From NCBI GenBank assembly GCA_964057225.1, contig OZ059897.1:22630001-22694000 (forward strand): a DNA stretch of 64,000 bases, in the 5' to 3' direction. This document shows positions 40,834 through 55,900 of this stretch, piece after piece. A program made the translations under genes and the position numbers. How positions within the stretch are numbered: the first letter of the stretch is position 1; every line of letters begins with the position of its first letter. The stretch comes from Auanema rhodensis. Taxonomy: Eukaryota; Animalia; Nematoda. A model generated the notes under the pieces. The model was given only the letters and a program-made list of their open reading frames with translations, did no database searches and was not told the DNA's origin.

Positions 40834-43800
40834 AAAGTCATGGTTACCATGAACCAATATCAATAAAAATTTGTTTTTAGACTAATATGGACATGGGGAA
40901 TCTAATTTTAAAAACCGCATCTCTTTATCTTTCACGTGAAGCGAGTTACATACCAAGTGCACATCACGTGTACATTTAATTAGCATAAATTAAAGTTCAC
41001 GTAAATTTCAAAGTCATGGTTACCATGAACCAATATCAATAAAAATTTGTTTTTAGACTAATATGGACATGGGGAATCTAATTTTGAAAACCGCATCTCT
41101 TTATCTTTCACGTGAAGCGAGTTACATACCAAGTGCACATCACGTGTACATTTAATTAGCATAAATTAAAGTTCACGTAAATTTCAAAGTCATGGTTACC
41201 ATGAACCAATATCAATAAAAATTTGTTTTTAGACTAATATGGACATGGGGAATCTAATTTTGAAAACCGCATCTCTTTATCTTTCACGTGAAGCGAGTTA
41301 CATACCAAGTGCACATCACGTGTACATTTAATTAGCATAAATTAAAGTTCACGTAAATTTCAAAGTCATGGTTACCATGCACCAATATCAATAAAAATTT
41401 GTTTTTAGACTAATATGGACATGGGGAATCTAATTTTGAAAACCGCATCTCTTCATCTTTCACGTGAAGCGAGTTACATACCAAGTGCACATCACGTGTA
41501 CATTTAATTAGCATAAATTAAAGTTCACGTAAATTTCAAAGTCATGGTTACCATGCACCAATATCAATAAAAATTTGTTTTTAGACTAATATGGACATGA
41601 GGAATCTAATTTCGAAAACCGCATCTTTTTTTCTTTCACGTGAAGCGAGTTACATACCAAGTGCACATCACGTGTACATTTAATTAGCATAAATTAAAGT
41701 TCACGTAAATTTCAAAGTCATGGTTACCATGCACCAATATCAATAAAAATTTGTTTTTAGACTAATATGGACATGGGGAATCTAATTTTGAAAACCGCAT
41801 CTCTTTATCTTTCACGTGAAGCGAGTTACATACCAAGTGCACATCACGTGTACATTTAATTAGCATAAATTAAAGTTCACGTAAATTTCAAAGTCATGGT
41901 TACCATGAACCAATATCAATAAAAATTTGTTTTTAGACTAATATGGACATGGGGAATCTAATTTTGAAAACCGCATCTCTTTATCTTTCACGTGAAGCGA
42001 GTTACATACCAAGTGCACATCACGTGTACATTTAATTAGCATAAATTAAAGTTCACGTAAATTTCAAAGTCATGGTTACCATGAACCAATATCAATAAAA
42101 ATTTGTTTTTAGACTAATATGGACATGGGGAATCTAATTTTGAAAACCGCATCTCTTTATCTTTCACGTGAAGCGAGTTACATACCAAGTGCACATCACG
42201 TGTACATTTAATTAGCATAAATTAAAGTTCACGTAAATTTCAAAGTCATGGTTACCATGAACCAATATCAATAAAAATTTGTTTTTAGACTAATATGGAC
42301 ATGGGGAATCTAATTTTAAAAACCGCATCTCTTTATCTTTCACGTGAAGCGAGTTACATACCAAGTGCACATCACGTGTACATTTAATTAGCATAAATTA
42401 AAGTTCACGTAAATTTCAAAGTCATGGTTACCATGAACCAATATCAATAAAAATTTGTTTTTAGACTAATATGGACATGGGGAATCTAATTTTGAAAACC
42501 GCATCTCTTTATCTTTCACGTGAAGCGAGTTACATACCAAGTGCACATCACGTGTACATTTAATTAGCATAAATTAAAGTTCACGTAAATTTCAAAGTCA
42601 TGGTTACCATGAACCAATATCAATAAAAATTTGTTTTTAGACTAATATGGACATGGGGAATCTAATTTTGAAAACCGCATCTCTTTATCTTTCACGTGAA
42701 GCGAGTTACATACCAAGTGCACATCACGTGTACATTTAATTAGCATAAATTAAAGTTCACGTAAATTTCAAAGTCATGGTTACCATGCACCAATATCAAT
42801 AAAAATTTGTTTTTAGACTAATATGGACATGGGGAATCTAATTTTGAAAACCGCATCTCTTCATCTTTCACGTGAAGCGAGTTACATACCAAGTGCACAT
42901 CACGTGTACATTTAATTAGCATAAATTAAAGTTCACGTAAATTTCAAAGTCATGGTTACCATGCACCAATATCAATAAAAATTTGTTTTTAGACTAATAT
43001 GGACATGAGGAATCTAATTTCGAAAACCGCATCTTTTTTTCTTTCACGTGAAGCGAGTTACATACCAAGTGCACATCACGTGTACATTTAATTAGCATAA
43101 ATTAAAGTTCACGTAAATTTCAAAGTCATGGTTACCATGCACCAATATCAATAAAAATTTGTTTTTAGACTAATATGGACATGGGGAATCTAATTTTGAA
43201 AACCGCATCTCTTTATCTTTCACGTGAAGCGAGTTACATACCAAGTGCACATCACGTGTACATTTAATTAGCATAAATTAAAGTTCACGTAAATTTCAAA
43301 GTCATGGTTACCATGAACCAATATCAATAAAAATTTGTTTTTAGACTAATATGGACATGGGGAATCTAATTTTGAAAACCGCATCTCTTTATCTTTCACG
43401 TGAAGCGAGTTACATACCAAGTGCACATCACGTGTACATTTAATTAGCATAAATTAAAGTTCACGTAAATTTCAAAGTCATGGTTACCATGAACTAATAT
43501 CAATAAAAATTTGTTTTTAGACTAATATGGACATGGGGAATCTAATTTTGAAAACCGCATCTCTTTTTCTTTCACGTGAAGCGAGTTACATACCAAGTGC
43601 ACATCACGTGTACATTTAATTAGCATAAATTAAAGTTCACGTAAATTTCAAAGTCATGGTTACCATGAACCAATATCAATAAAAATTTGTTTTTAGACTA
43701 ATATGGACATGGGGAATCTAATTTTGAAAACCGCATCTCTTTATCTTTCACGTGAAGCGAGTTACATACCAAGTGCACATCACGTGTACATTTAATTAGC

Positions 43801-46800
43801 ATAAATTAAAGTTCACGTAAATTTCAAAGTCATGGTTACCATGTACCAATATCAATAAAAATTTGTTTTTAGACTAATATGGACATGGGGAATCTAATTT
43901 TGAAAACCGCATCTCTTTATCTTTCACGTGAAGCGAGTTACATACCAAGTGCACATCACGTGTACATTTAATTAGCATAAATTAAAGTTCACGTAAATTT
44001 CAAAGTCATGGTTACCATGAACCAATATCAATAAAAATTTGTTTTTAGACTAATATGGACATGGGGAATCTAATTTTGAAAACCGCATCTCTTTATCTTT
44101 CACGTGAAGCGAGTTACATACCAAGTGCACATAACGTGTACATTTAATTAGCATAAATTAAAGTTCACGTAAATTTCAAAGTCATGGTTACCATGCACCA
44201 ATATCAATAAAAATTTGTTTTTAGACTAATATGGACATGGGGAATCTAATTTTGAAAACCGCATCTCTTTATCTTTCACGTGAAGCGAGTTACATACCAA
44301 GTGCACATCACGTGTACATTTAATTAGCATAAATTAAAGTTCACGTAAATTTCAAAGTCATGGTTACCATGAAGCAATATCAATAAAAATTTGTTTTTAG
44401 ACTAATATGGACATGGGGAATCTAATTTTGAAAACCGCATCTCTTTATCTTTCACGTGAAGCGAGTTACATACCAAGTGCACATCACGTGTACATTTAAT
44501 TAGCATAAATTAAAGTTCACGTAAATTTCAAAGTCATGGTTACCATGAACCAATATCAATAAAAATTTGTTTTTAGACTAATATGGACATGGGGAATCTA
44601 ATTTTGAAAACCGCATCTCTTTATCTTTCACGTGAAGCGAGTTACATACCAAGTGCACATCACGTGTACATTTAATTAGCATAAATTAAAGTTCACGTAA
44701 ATTTCAAAGTCATGGTTACCATGAACTAATATCAATAAAAATTTGTTTTTAGACTAATATGGACATGGGGAATCTAATTTTGAAAACCGCATCTCTTTAT
44801 CTTTCACGTGAAGCGAGTTACATACCAAGTGCACATCACGTGTACATTTAATTAGCATAAATTAAAGTTCACGTAAATTTCAAAGTCATGGTTACCATGA
44901 ACCAATATCAATAAAAATTTGTTTTTAGACTAATATGGACATGGGGAATCTAATTTTAAAAACCGCATCTCTTTATCTTTCACGTGAAGCGAGTTACATA
45001 CCAAGTGCACATCACGTGTACATTTAATTAGCATAAATTAAAGTTCACGTAAATTTCAAAGTCATGGTTACCATGAACCAATATCAATAAAAATTTGTTT
45101 TTAGACTAATATGGACATGGGGAATCTAATTTTGAAAACCGCATCTCTTTATCTTTCACGTGAAGCGAGTTACATACCAAGTGCACATCACGTGTACATT
45201 TAATTAGCATAAATTAAAGTTCACGTAAATTTCAAAGTCATGGTTACCATGAACCAATATCAATAAAAATTTGTTTTTAGACTAATATGGACATGGGGAA
45301 TCTAATTTTGAAAACCGCATCTCTTTATCTTTCACGTGAAGCGAGTTACATACCAAGTGCACATCACGTGTACATTTAATTAGCATAAATTAAAGTTCAC
45401 GTAAATTTCAAAGTCATGGTTACCATGCACCAATATCAATAAAAATTTGTTTTTAGACTAATATGGACATGGGGAATCTAATTTTGAAAACCGCATCTCT
45501 TCATCTTTCACGTGAAGCGAGTTACATACCAAGTGCACATCACGTGTACATTTAATTAGCATAAATTAAAGTTCACGTAAATTTCAAAGTCATGGTTACC
45601 ATGCACCAATATCAATAAAAATTTGTTTTTAGACTAATATGGACATGAGGAATCTAATTTCGAAAACCGCATCTTTTTTTCTTTCACGTGAAGCGAGTTA
45701 CATACCAAGTGCACATCACGTGTACATTTAATTAGCATAAATTAAAGTTCACGTAAATTTCAAAGTCATGGTTACCATGCACCAATATCAATAAAAATTT
45801 GTTTTTAGACTAATATGGACATGGGGAATCTAATTTTGAAAACCGCATCTCTTTATCTTTCACGTGAAGCGAGTTACATACCAAGTGCACATCACGTGTA
45901 CATTTAATTAGCATAAATTAAAGTTCACGTAAATTTCAAAGTCATGGTTACCATGAACCAATATCAATAAAAATTTGTTTTTAGACTAATATGGACATGG
46001 GGAATCTAATTTTGAAAACCGCATCTCTTTATCTTTCACGTGAAGCGAGTTACATACCAAGTGCACATCACGTGTACATTTAATTAGCATAAATTAAAGT
46101 TCACGTAAATTTCAAAGTCATGGTTACCATGAACTAATATCAATAAAAATTTGTTTTTAGACTAATATGGACATGGGGAATCTAATTTTGAAAACCGCAT
46201 CTCTTTTTCTTTCACGTGAAGCGAGTTACATACCAAGTGCACATCACGTGTACATTTAATTAGCATAAATTAAAGTTCACGTAAATTTCAAAGTCATGGT
46301 TACCATGAACCAATATCAATAAAAATTTGTTTTTAGACTAATATGGACATGGGGAATCTAATTTTGAAAACCGCATCTCTTTATCTTTCACGTGAAGCGA
46401 GTTACATACCAAGTGCACATCACGTGTACATTTAATTAGCATAAATTAAAGTTCACGTAAATTTCAAAGTCATGGTTACCATGTACCAATATCAATAAAA
46501 ATTTGTTTTTAGACTAATATGGACATGGGGAATCTAATTTTGAAAACCGCATCTCTTTATCTTTCACGTGAAGCGAGTTACATACCAAGTGCACATCACG
46601 TGTACATTTAATTAGCATAAATTAAAGTTCACGTAAATTTCAAAGTCATGGTTACCATGAACCAATATCAATAAAAATTTGTTTTTAGACTAATATGGAC
46701 ATGGGGAATCTAATTTTGAAAACCGCATCTCTTTATCTTTCACGTGAAGCGAGTTACATACCAAGTGCACATAACGTGTACATTTAATTAGCATAAATTA

Positions 46801-46993
46801 AAGTTCACGTAAATTTCAAAGTCATGGTTACCATGCACCAATATCAATAAAAATTTGTTTTTAGACTAATATGGACATGGGGAATCTAATTTTGAAAACC
46901 GCATCTCTTTATCTTTCACGTGAAGCGAGTTACATACCAAGTGCACATCACGTGTACATTTAATTAGCATAAATTAAAGTTCACGTAAATTTC
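40834..46993 (+). repeat. Overlapping local duplications with periods of 8 (1408 bp) and 15 (2640 bp) monomers
   Basis: A77 monomers start at 40834, 42242 and 44882. [A63+C76+T90+T94] monomers start at 41538, 42946 and 45586. Monomers 241-252 match 256-267. Confidence 0.85.
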
Positions 46994-49900
46994 AAAGTCA
47001 TGGTTACCATGAACCAATATCAATAAAAATTTGTTTTTAGACTAATATGGACATGAGGAATCTAATTTTGAAAACCGCATCTCTTCATCTTTCACGTGAA
47101 GCGAGTTACATACCAAGTGCACATCACGTGTACATTTAATTAGCATAAATTAAAGTTAAGGTAAATTTCAAAGTCATGGTTACCATTCACCAATATCAAT
47201 AAAAATTTGTTTTTAGACTAATATGGACATGGGGAATCTAATTTTGAAAACCGCATCTCTTTATCTTTCACGTGAAGCGAGTTACATACCAAGTGCACAT
47301 CACGTGTACATTTAATTAGCATAAATTAAAGTTCACGTAAATTTCAAAGTCATGGTTACCATGCACCAATATCAATAAAAATTTATTTTTAGACTAATAT
47401 GGACATGAGGAATCTAATTTTGAAAACCGCATCTCTTTATCTTTCACGTGAAGCGAGTTACATACCAAGTGCACATCACGTGTACATTTAATTAGCATAA
47501 ATTAAAGTTCACGTAAATTTCAAAGTCATGGTTACCATGAAGCAATATCAATAAAAATTTGTTTTTAGACTAATATGGACATGGGGAATCTAATTTTGAA
47601 AACCGCATCTCTTTATCTTTCACGTGAAGCGAGTTACATACCAAGTGCACATCACGTGTACATTTAATTAGCATAAATTAAAGTTCACGTAAATTTCAAA
47701 GTCATGGTTACCATGAACTAATATCAATAAAAATTTGTTTTTAGACTAATATGGACATGGGTAATCTAATTTTGAAAACCGCATCTCTTTATCTTTCACG
47801 TGAAGCGAGTTACATACCAAGTGCACATCACGTGTACATTTAATTAGCATAAATTAAAGTTCACGTAAATTTCAAAGTCATGGTTACCATGAACCAATAT
47901 CAATAAAAATTTGTTTTTAGACTAATATGGACATGGGGAATCTAATTTTGAAAACCGCATCTCTTTATCTTTCACGTGAAGCGAGTTACATACCAAGTGC
48001 CCATCACGTGTACATTTAATTAGCATAAATTAAAGTTCACGTAAATTTCAAAGTCATGGTTACCATGAACTAATATCAATAAAAATTTGTTTTTAGACTA
48101 ATATGGACATGGGGAATCTAATTTTGAAAACCGCATCTCTTTATCTTTCACGTGAAGCGAGTTACATACCAAGTGCACATCACGTGTACATTTAATTAGC
48201 ATAAATTAAAGTTCACGTAAATTTCAAAGTCATGGTTACCATGAACCAATATCAATAAAAATTTGTTTTTAGACTAATATGGACATGGGGAATCTAATTT
48301 TGAAAACCGCATCTCTTTATCTTTCACGTGAAGCGAGTTACATACCAAGTGCACATCACGTGTACATTTAATTAGCATAAATTAAAGTTCACGTAAATTT
48401 CAAAGTCATGGTTACCATGAACCAATATCAATAAAAATTTGTTTTTAGACTAATATGGACATGGGGAATCTAATTTTGAAAACCGCATCTCTTTATCTTT
48501 CACGTGAAGCGAGTTACATACCAAGTGCACATCACGTGTACATTTAATTAGCATAAATTAAAGTTCACGTAAATTTCAAAGTCATGGTTACCATGAACTA
48601 ATATCAATAAAAATTTGTTTTTAGACTAATATGGACATGGGGAATCTAATTTTGAAAACCGCATCTCTTTATCTTTCACGTGAAGCGAGTTACATACCAA
48701 GTGCACATCACGTGTACATTTAATTAGCATAAATTAAAGTTCACGTAAATTTCAAAGTCATGGTTACCATGAACCAATATCAATAAAAATTTGTTTTTAG
48801 ACTAATATGGACATGGGGAATCTAATTTTGAAAACCGCATCTCTTTATCTTTCACGTGAAGCGAGTTACATACCAAGTGCACATCACGTGTACATTTAAT
48901 TAGCATAAATTAAAGTTCACGTATAATTCAAAGTCATGGTTACCATGAACCAATATCAATAAAAATTTGTTTTTAGACTAATATGGACATGGGGAATCTA
49001 ATTTTGAAAACCGCATCTCTTTATCTTTCACGTGAAGCGAGTTACATACCAAGTGCACATCACGTGTACATTTAATTAGCATAAATTAAAGTTCACGTAA
49101 ATTTCAAAGTCATGGTTACCATGAACTAATATCAATAAAAATTTGTTTTTAGACTAATATGGACATGGGGAATCTAATTTTGAAAACCGCATCTCTTTAT
49201 CTTTCACGTGAAGCGAGTTACATACCAAGTGCACATCACGTGTACATTTAATTAGCATAAATTAAAGTTCACGTAAATTTCAAAGTCATGGTTACCATGC
49301 ACCAATATCAATAAAAATTTGTTTTTGGACTAATATGGACATGGGGAATCTAATTTTGAAAACCGCATCTCTTTATCTTTCACGTGAAGCGAGTTACATA
49401 CCAAGTGCACATCACGTGTACATTTAATTAGCATAAATTAAAGTTCACGTAAATTTCAAAGTCATGGTTACCATGCACCAATATCAATAAAAATTTGTTT
49501 TTAGACTAATATGGACATGGGGAATCTAATTTTGAAAACCGCATCTCTTTATCTTTCACGTGAAGCGAGTTACATACCAAGTGCACATCACGTGTACATT
49601 TAATTAGCATAAATTAAAGTTCACGTAAATTTCAAAGCCATGGTTACCATGAACCAATATCAATAAAAATTTGTTTTTGAACTAATATGGACATGGGGAA
49701 TCTAATTTTGAAAACCGCATCTCTTTATCTTTCACGTGAAGCGAGTTACATACCAAGTGCACATCAAGTGTACATTTAATTAGCATAAATTAAAATTCAC
49801 GTAAATTTCAAAGTAATGGTTACCATGCACCAATATCAATAAAAATTTGTTTTTAGACTAATATGGACATGGGGAATCTAATTTTGAGAACCGCATCTCT

Positions 49901-52900
49901 TTATCTTTCACGTGAAGCGAGTTACATACCAAGTGCACATCACGTGTACATTTAATTAGCATAAATTAAAGTTCACGTAAATTTCAAAGTCATGGTTACC
50001 ATGCACCAATATCAATAAAAATTTGTTTTTCGACTAATATGGACATGAAGAATCTAATTTTGAAAACCGCATCTCTTTATCTTTCACGTGAAGCGAGTTA
50101 CATACCAAGTGCACATCACGTGTACATTTAATTAGCATAAATTAAAGTTCACGTAAATTTCAAAGTCATGGTTACCATGAAGCAATATCAATGAAAATTT
50201 GTTTTTAGACTAATATGGAAATGGGGAATCTAATTTTGAAAACCGCATCTCTTTATCTTTCACGTGAAGCGAGTTACATACCAAGTGCACATAACGTGTA
50301 CATTTAATTAGCATAAATTAAAGTTCACGTAAATTTCAAAGTCATGGTTACCATGAACCAATATCAATAAAAATTTGTTTTTAGACTAATATGGACATGG
50401 GGAATCTAATTTTGAAAACCGCATCTCTTCATCTTTCACGTGAAGCGAGTTACATACCAAGTGCACATCACGTGTACATTTAATTAGCATAAATTAAAGT
50501 TCACGTAAATTTCAAAGTCATGGTTACCATGCACCAATATCAATAAAAATTTGTTTTTAGACTAATATGGACATGGGGAATCTAATTTTGAAAACCGCAT
50601 CTCTTTATCTTTCACGTGAAGCGAGTTACATACCAAGTGCACATCAAGTGTACATTTAATTAGCATAAATTAAAGTTCACGTAAATTTCAAAGTCATGGT
50701 TACCATGCACCAATATCAATAAAAATTTGTTTTTGGACTAATATGGACATGGGGAATCTAATTTTGAAAACCGCATCTCTTTATCTTTCACGTGAAGCGA
50801 GTTACATACCAAGTGCACATCACGTGTACATTTAATTAGCATAAATTAAAGTTCACGTAAATTTCAAAGTCATGGTTACCATGAACCAATATCAATAAAA
50901 ATTTGTTTTTAGACTAATATGGACATGGGGAATCTAATTTTGAAAACCGCATCTCTTCATCTTTCACGTGAAGCGAGTTACATACCAAGTGCACATCACG
51001 TGTACATTTAATTAGCATAAATTAAAGTTCACGTAAATTTCAAAGTCATGGTTACCATGCACCAATATCAATAAAAATTTGTTTTTAGACTAATATGGAC
51101 ATGGGGAATCTAATTTTGAAAACCGCATCTCTTTATCTTTCACGTGAAGCGAGTTACATACCAAGTGCACATCACGTGTACATTTAATTAGCATAAATTA
51201 AAGTTCACGTAAATTTCAAAGTCATGGTTACCATGCACCAATATCAATAAAAATTTGTTTTTAGACTAATATGGACATGGGGAATCTAATTTTGAAAACC
51301 GCATCTCTTCATCTTTCACGTGAAGCGAGTTACATACCAAGTGCACATCACGTGTACATTTAATTAGCATAAATTAAAGTTCACGTAAATTTCAAAGTCA
51401 TGGTTACCATGCACCAATATCAATAAAAATTTGTTTTTAGACTAATATGGACATGGGGAATCTAATTTTGAAAACCGCATCTCTTTATCTTTCACGTGAA
51501 GCGAGTTACATACCAAGTGCACATCACGTGTACATTTAATTAGCATAAATTAAAGTTCACGTAAATTTCAAAGCCATGGTTACCATGAACCAATATCAAT
51601 AAAAATTTGTTTTTAGACTAATATGGACATGGGGAATCTAATTTTGAAAACCGCATCTCTTTATCTTTCACGTGAAGCGAGTTACATACCAAGTGCACAT
51701 CACGTGTACATTTAATTAGCATAAATTAAAGTTCACGTAAATTTCAAAGTCGTGGTTACCATGCACCAATATCAATAAAAATTCGTTTTTAGACTAATAT
51801 GGACATGGGGAATCTAATTTTGAAAACCGCATCTCTTTATCTTTCACGTGAAGCGAGTTACATACCAAGTGCACATCACGTGTACATTTAATTAGCATAA
51901 ATTAAAGTTCACGTAAATTTCAAAGTCATGGTTACCATGCACCAATATCAATAAAAATTTGTTTTTAGACTAATATGGACATGGGGAATCTAATTTTGAA
52001 AACCGCATCTCTTTATCTTTCACGTGAAGCGAGTTACATACCAAGTGCACATCACGTGTACATTTAATTAGCATAAATTAAAGTTCACGTAAATTTCAAA
52101 GTCATGGTTACCATGAACCAATATCAATTAAAATTTGTTTTTAGACTAATATGGACATGGGCAATCTAATTTTGAAAACCGCATCTCTTTATCTTTCACG
52201 TGAAGCGAGTTACATACCAAGTGCACATCACGTGTACATTTAATTAGCATAAATTAAAGTTCACGTAAATTTCAAAGTCACGGTTACCATGCACCAATAT
52301 CAATAAAAATTTGTTTTTAGACTAATATGGACATGGGGAATCTAATTTTGAAAACCGTATCTCTTTATCTTTCACGTGAAGCGAGTTACATACCAAGTGC
52401 ACATCACGTGTACATTTAATTAGCATAAATTAAAGTTCACGTAAATTTCAAAGTCATGGTTACCATGAACCAATATCAATAACAATTTGTTTTTAGACTA
52501 ATATGGACATGGGCAATCTAATTTTGAAAACCGCATCTCTTTATCTTTCACGTGAAGCGAGTTACATACCAAGTGCACATCACGTGTACATTTAATTAGC
52601 ATAAATTAAAGTTCACGTAAATTTCAAAGTCATGGTTACCATGCACCAATATCAATAAAAATTTGTTTTTAGACTAATATGGACATGGGGAATCTAATTT
52701 TGAAAACCGCATCTCTTTATCTTTCACGTGAAGCGAGTTACATACCAAGTGCACATCACGTGTACATTTAATTAGCATAAATTAAAGTTCACGTAAATTT
52801 CAAAGTCATGGTTACCATGCACCAATATCAATAAAAATTTGTTTTTAGACTAATATGGACATGGGGAATCTAATTTTGAAAACCGCATCTCTTTATCTTT

Positions 52901-55900
52901 CACGTGAAGCGAGTTACATACCAAGTGCACATCACGTGTACATTTAATTAGCATAAATTAAAGTTCACGTAAATTTCAAAGTCATGGTTACCATGAACCA
53001 ATATCAATAAAAATTTGTTTTTAGACTAATATGGACATGGGGAATCTAATTTTGAAAACCGCATCTCTTCATCTTTCACGTGAAGCGAGTTACATACCAA
53101 GTGCACATCACGTGTACATTTAATTAGCATAAATTAAAGTTCACGTAAATTTCAAAGTCATGGTTACCATGCACCAATATCAATAAAAATTTGTTTTTAG
53201 ACTAATATGGACATGGGGAATCTAATTTTGAAAACCGCATCTCTTCATCTTTCACGTGAAGCGAGTTACATACCAAGTGCACATCACGTGTACATTTAAT
53301 TAGCATAAATTAAAGTTCACGTAAATTTCAAAGTCATGGTTACCATGCACCAATATCAATAAAAATTTGTTTTTAGACTAATATGGACATGGGGAATCTA
53401 ATTTTGAAAACCGCATCTCTTTATCTTTCACGTGAAGCGAGTTACATACCAAGTGCACATCACGTGTACATTTAATTAGCATAAATTAAAGTTCACGTAA
53501 ATTTCAAAGCCATGGTTACCATGAACCAATATCAATAAAAATTTGTTTTTAGACTAATATGGACATGGGGAATCTAATTTTGAAAACCGCATCTCTTTAT
53601 CTTTCACGTGAAGCGAGTTACATACCAAGTGCACATCACGTGTACATTTAATTAGCATAAATTAAAGTTCACGTAAATTTCAAAGTCGTGGTTACCATGC
53701 ACCAATATCAATAAAAATTCGTTTTTAGACTAATATGGACATGGGGAATCTAATTTTGAAAACCGCATCTCTTTATCTTTCACGTGAAGCGAGTTACATA
53801 CCAAGTGCACATCACGTGTACATTTAATTAGCATAAATTAAAGTTCACGTAAATTTCAAAGTCATGGTTACCATGCACCAATATCAATAAAAATTTGTTT
53901 TTAGACTAATATGGACATGGGGAATCTAATTTTGAAAACCGCATCTCTTTATCTTTCACGTGAAGCGAGTTACATACCAAGTGCACATCACGTGTACATT
54001 TAATTAGCATAAATTAAAGTTCACGTAAATTTCAAAGTCATGGTTACCATGAACCAATATCAATAACAACTTGTTTTTAGACTAATATGGACATGGGCAA
54101 TCTAATTTTGAAAACCGCATCTCTTTATCTTTCACGTGAAGCGAGTTACATACCAAGTGCACATCACGTGTACATTTAATTAGCATAAATTAAAGTTCAC
54201 GTAAATTTCAAAGTCATGGTTACCATTCACCAATATCAATAAAAATTTGTTTTTAGACTAATATGGACATGAGGAATCTAATTTTGAAAACCGCATCTCT
54301 TTATCTTTCACGTGAAGCGAGTTACATACCGAGGGCACATCACGTGTACATTTAATTAGCATAAATTAAAGTTCACGTAAATTTCAAAGTCATGGTTACC
54401 ATGCACCAATATCAATTAAAATTTGTTTTTAGACTAATATGGACATGGGCAATCTAATTTTGAAAACCGCATCTCTTTATCTTTCACGTGAAGCGAGTTA
54501 CATACCAAGTGCACATCACGTGTACATTTAATTAGCATAAATTAAAGTTCACGTAAATTTCAAAGTCACGGTTACCATGAACCAATATCAATTAAAATTT
54601 GTTTTTAGACTAATATGGACATGGGCAATCTAATTTTGAAAACCGCATCTCTTTATCTTTCACGTGAAGCGAGTTACATACCAAGTGCACATCACGTGTA
54701 CATTTAATTAGCATAAATTAAAGTTCACGTAAATTTCAAAGTCACGGTTACCATGCACCAATATCAATAAAAATTTGTTTTTAGACTAATATGGACATGG
54801 GGAATCTAATTTTGAAAACCGTATCTCTTTATCTTTCACGTGAAGCGAGTTACATACCAAGTGCACATCACGTGTACATTTAATTAGCATAAATTAAAGT
54901 TCACGTAAATTTCAAAGTCATGGTTACCATGAACCAATATCAATAACAATTTGTTTTTAGACTAATATGGACATGGGCAATCTAATTTTGAAAACCGCAT
55001 CTCTTTATCTTTCACGTGAAGCGAGTTACATACCAAGTGCACATCACGTGTACATTTAATTAGCATAAATTAAAGTTCACGTAAATTTCAAAGTCATGGT
55101 TACCATGCACCAATATCAATAAAAATTTGTTTTTAGACTAATATGGACATGGGGAATCTAATTTTGAAAACCGCATCTCTTTATCTTTCACGTGAAGCGA
55201 GTTACATACCAAGTGCACATCACGTGTACATTTAATTAGCATAAATTAAAGTTCACGTAAATTTCAAAGAGATGGTTACCATGAACCAATATCAATTAAA
55301 ATTTGTTTTTAGACTAATATGGACATGGGCAATCTAATTTTGAAAACCGCATCTCTTTATCTTTCACGTGAAGCGAGTTACATACCAAGTGCACATCACG
55401 TGTACATTTAATTAGCATAAATTAAAGTTCACGTAAATTTCAAAGTCACGGTTACCATGCACCAATATCAATAAAAATTTGTTTTTAGACTAATATGGAC
55501 ATGGGGAATCTAATTTTGAAAACCGTATCTCTTTATCTCTCACGTGAAGCGAGTTACATACCAAGTGCACATCACGTGTACATTTAATTAGCATAAATTA
55601 AAGTTCACGTAAATTTCAAAGTCATGGTTACCATGAACCAATATCAATAACAACTTGTTTTTAGACTAATATGGACATGGGCAATCTAATTTTGAAAACC
55701 GCATCTCTTTATCTTTCACGTGAAGCGAGTTACATACCAAGTGCACATCACGTGTACATTTAATTAGCATAAATTAAAGTTCACGTAAATTTCAAAGTCA
55801 TGGTTACCATGCACCAATATCAATAAAAATTTGTTTTTAGACTAATATGGACATGAGGAATCTAATTTTGAAAACCGCATCTCTTTATCTTTCACGTGAA

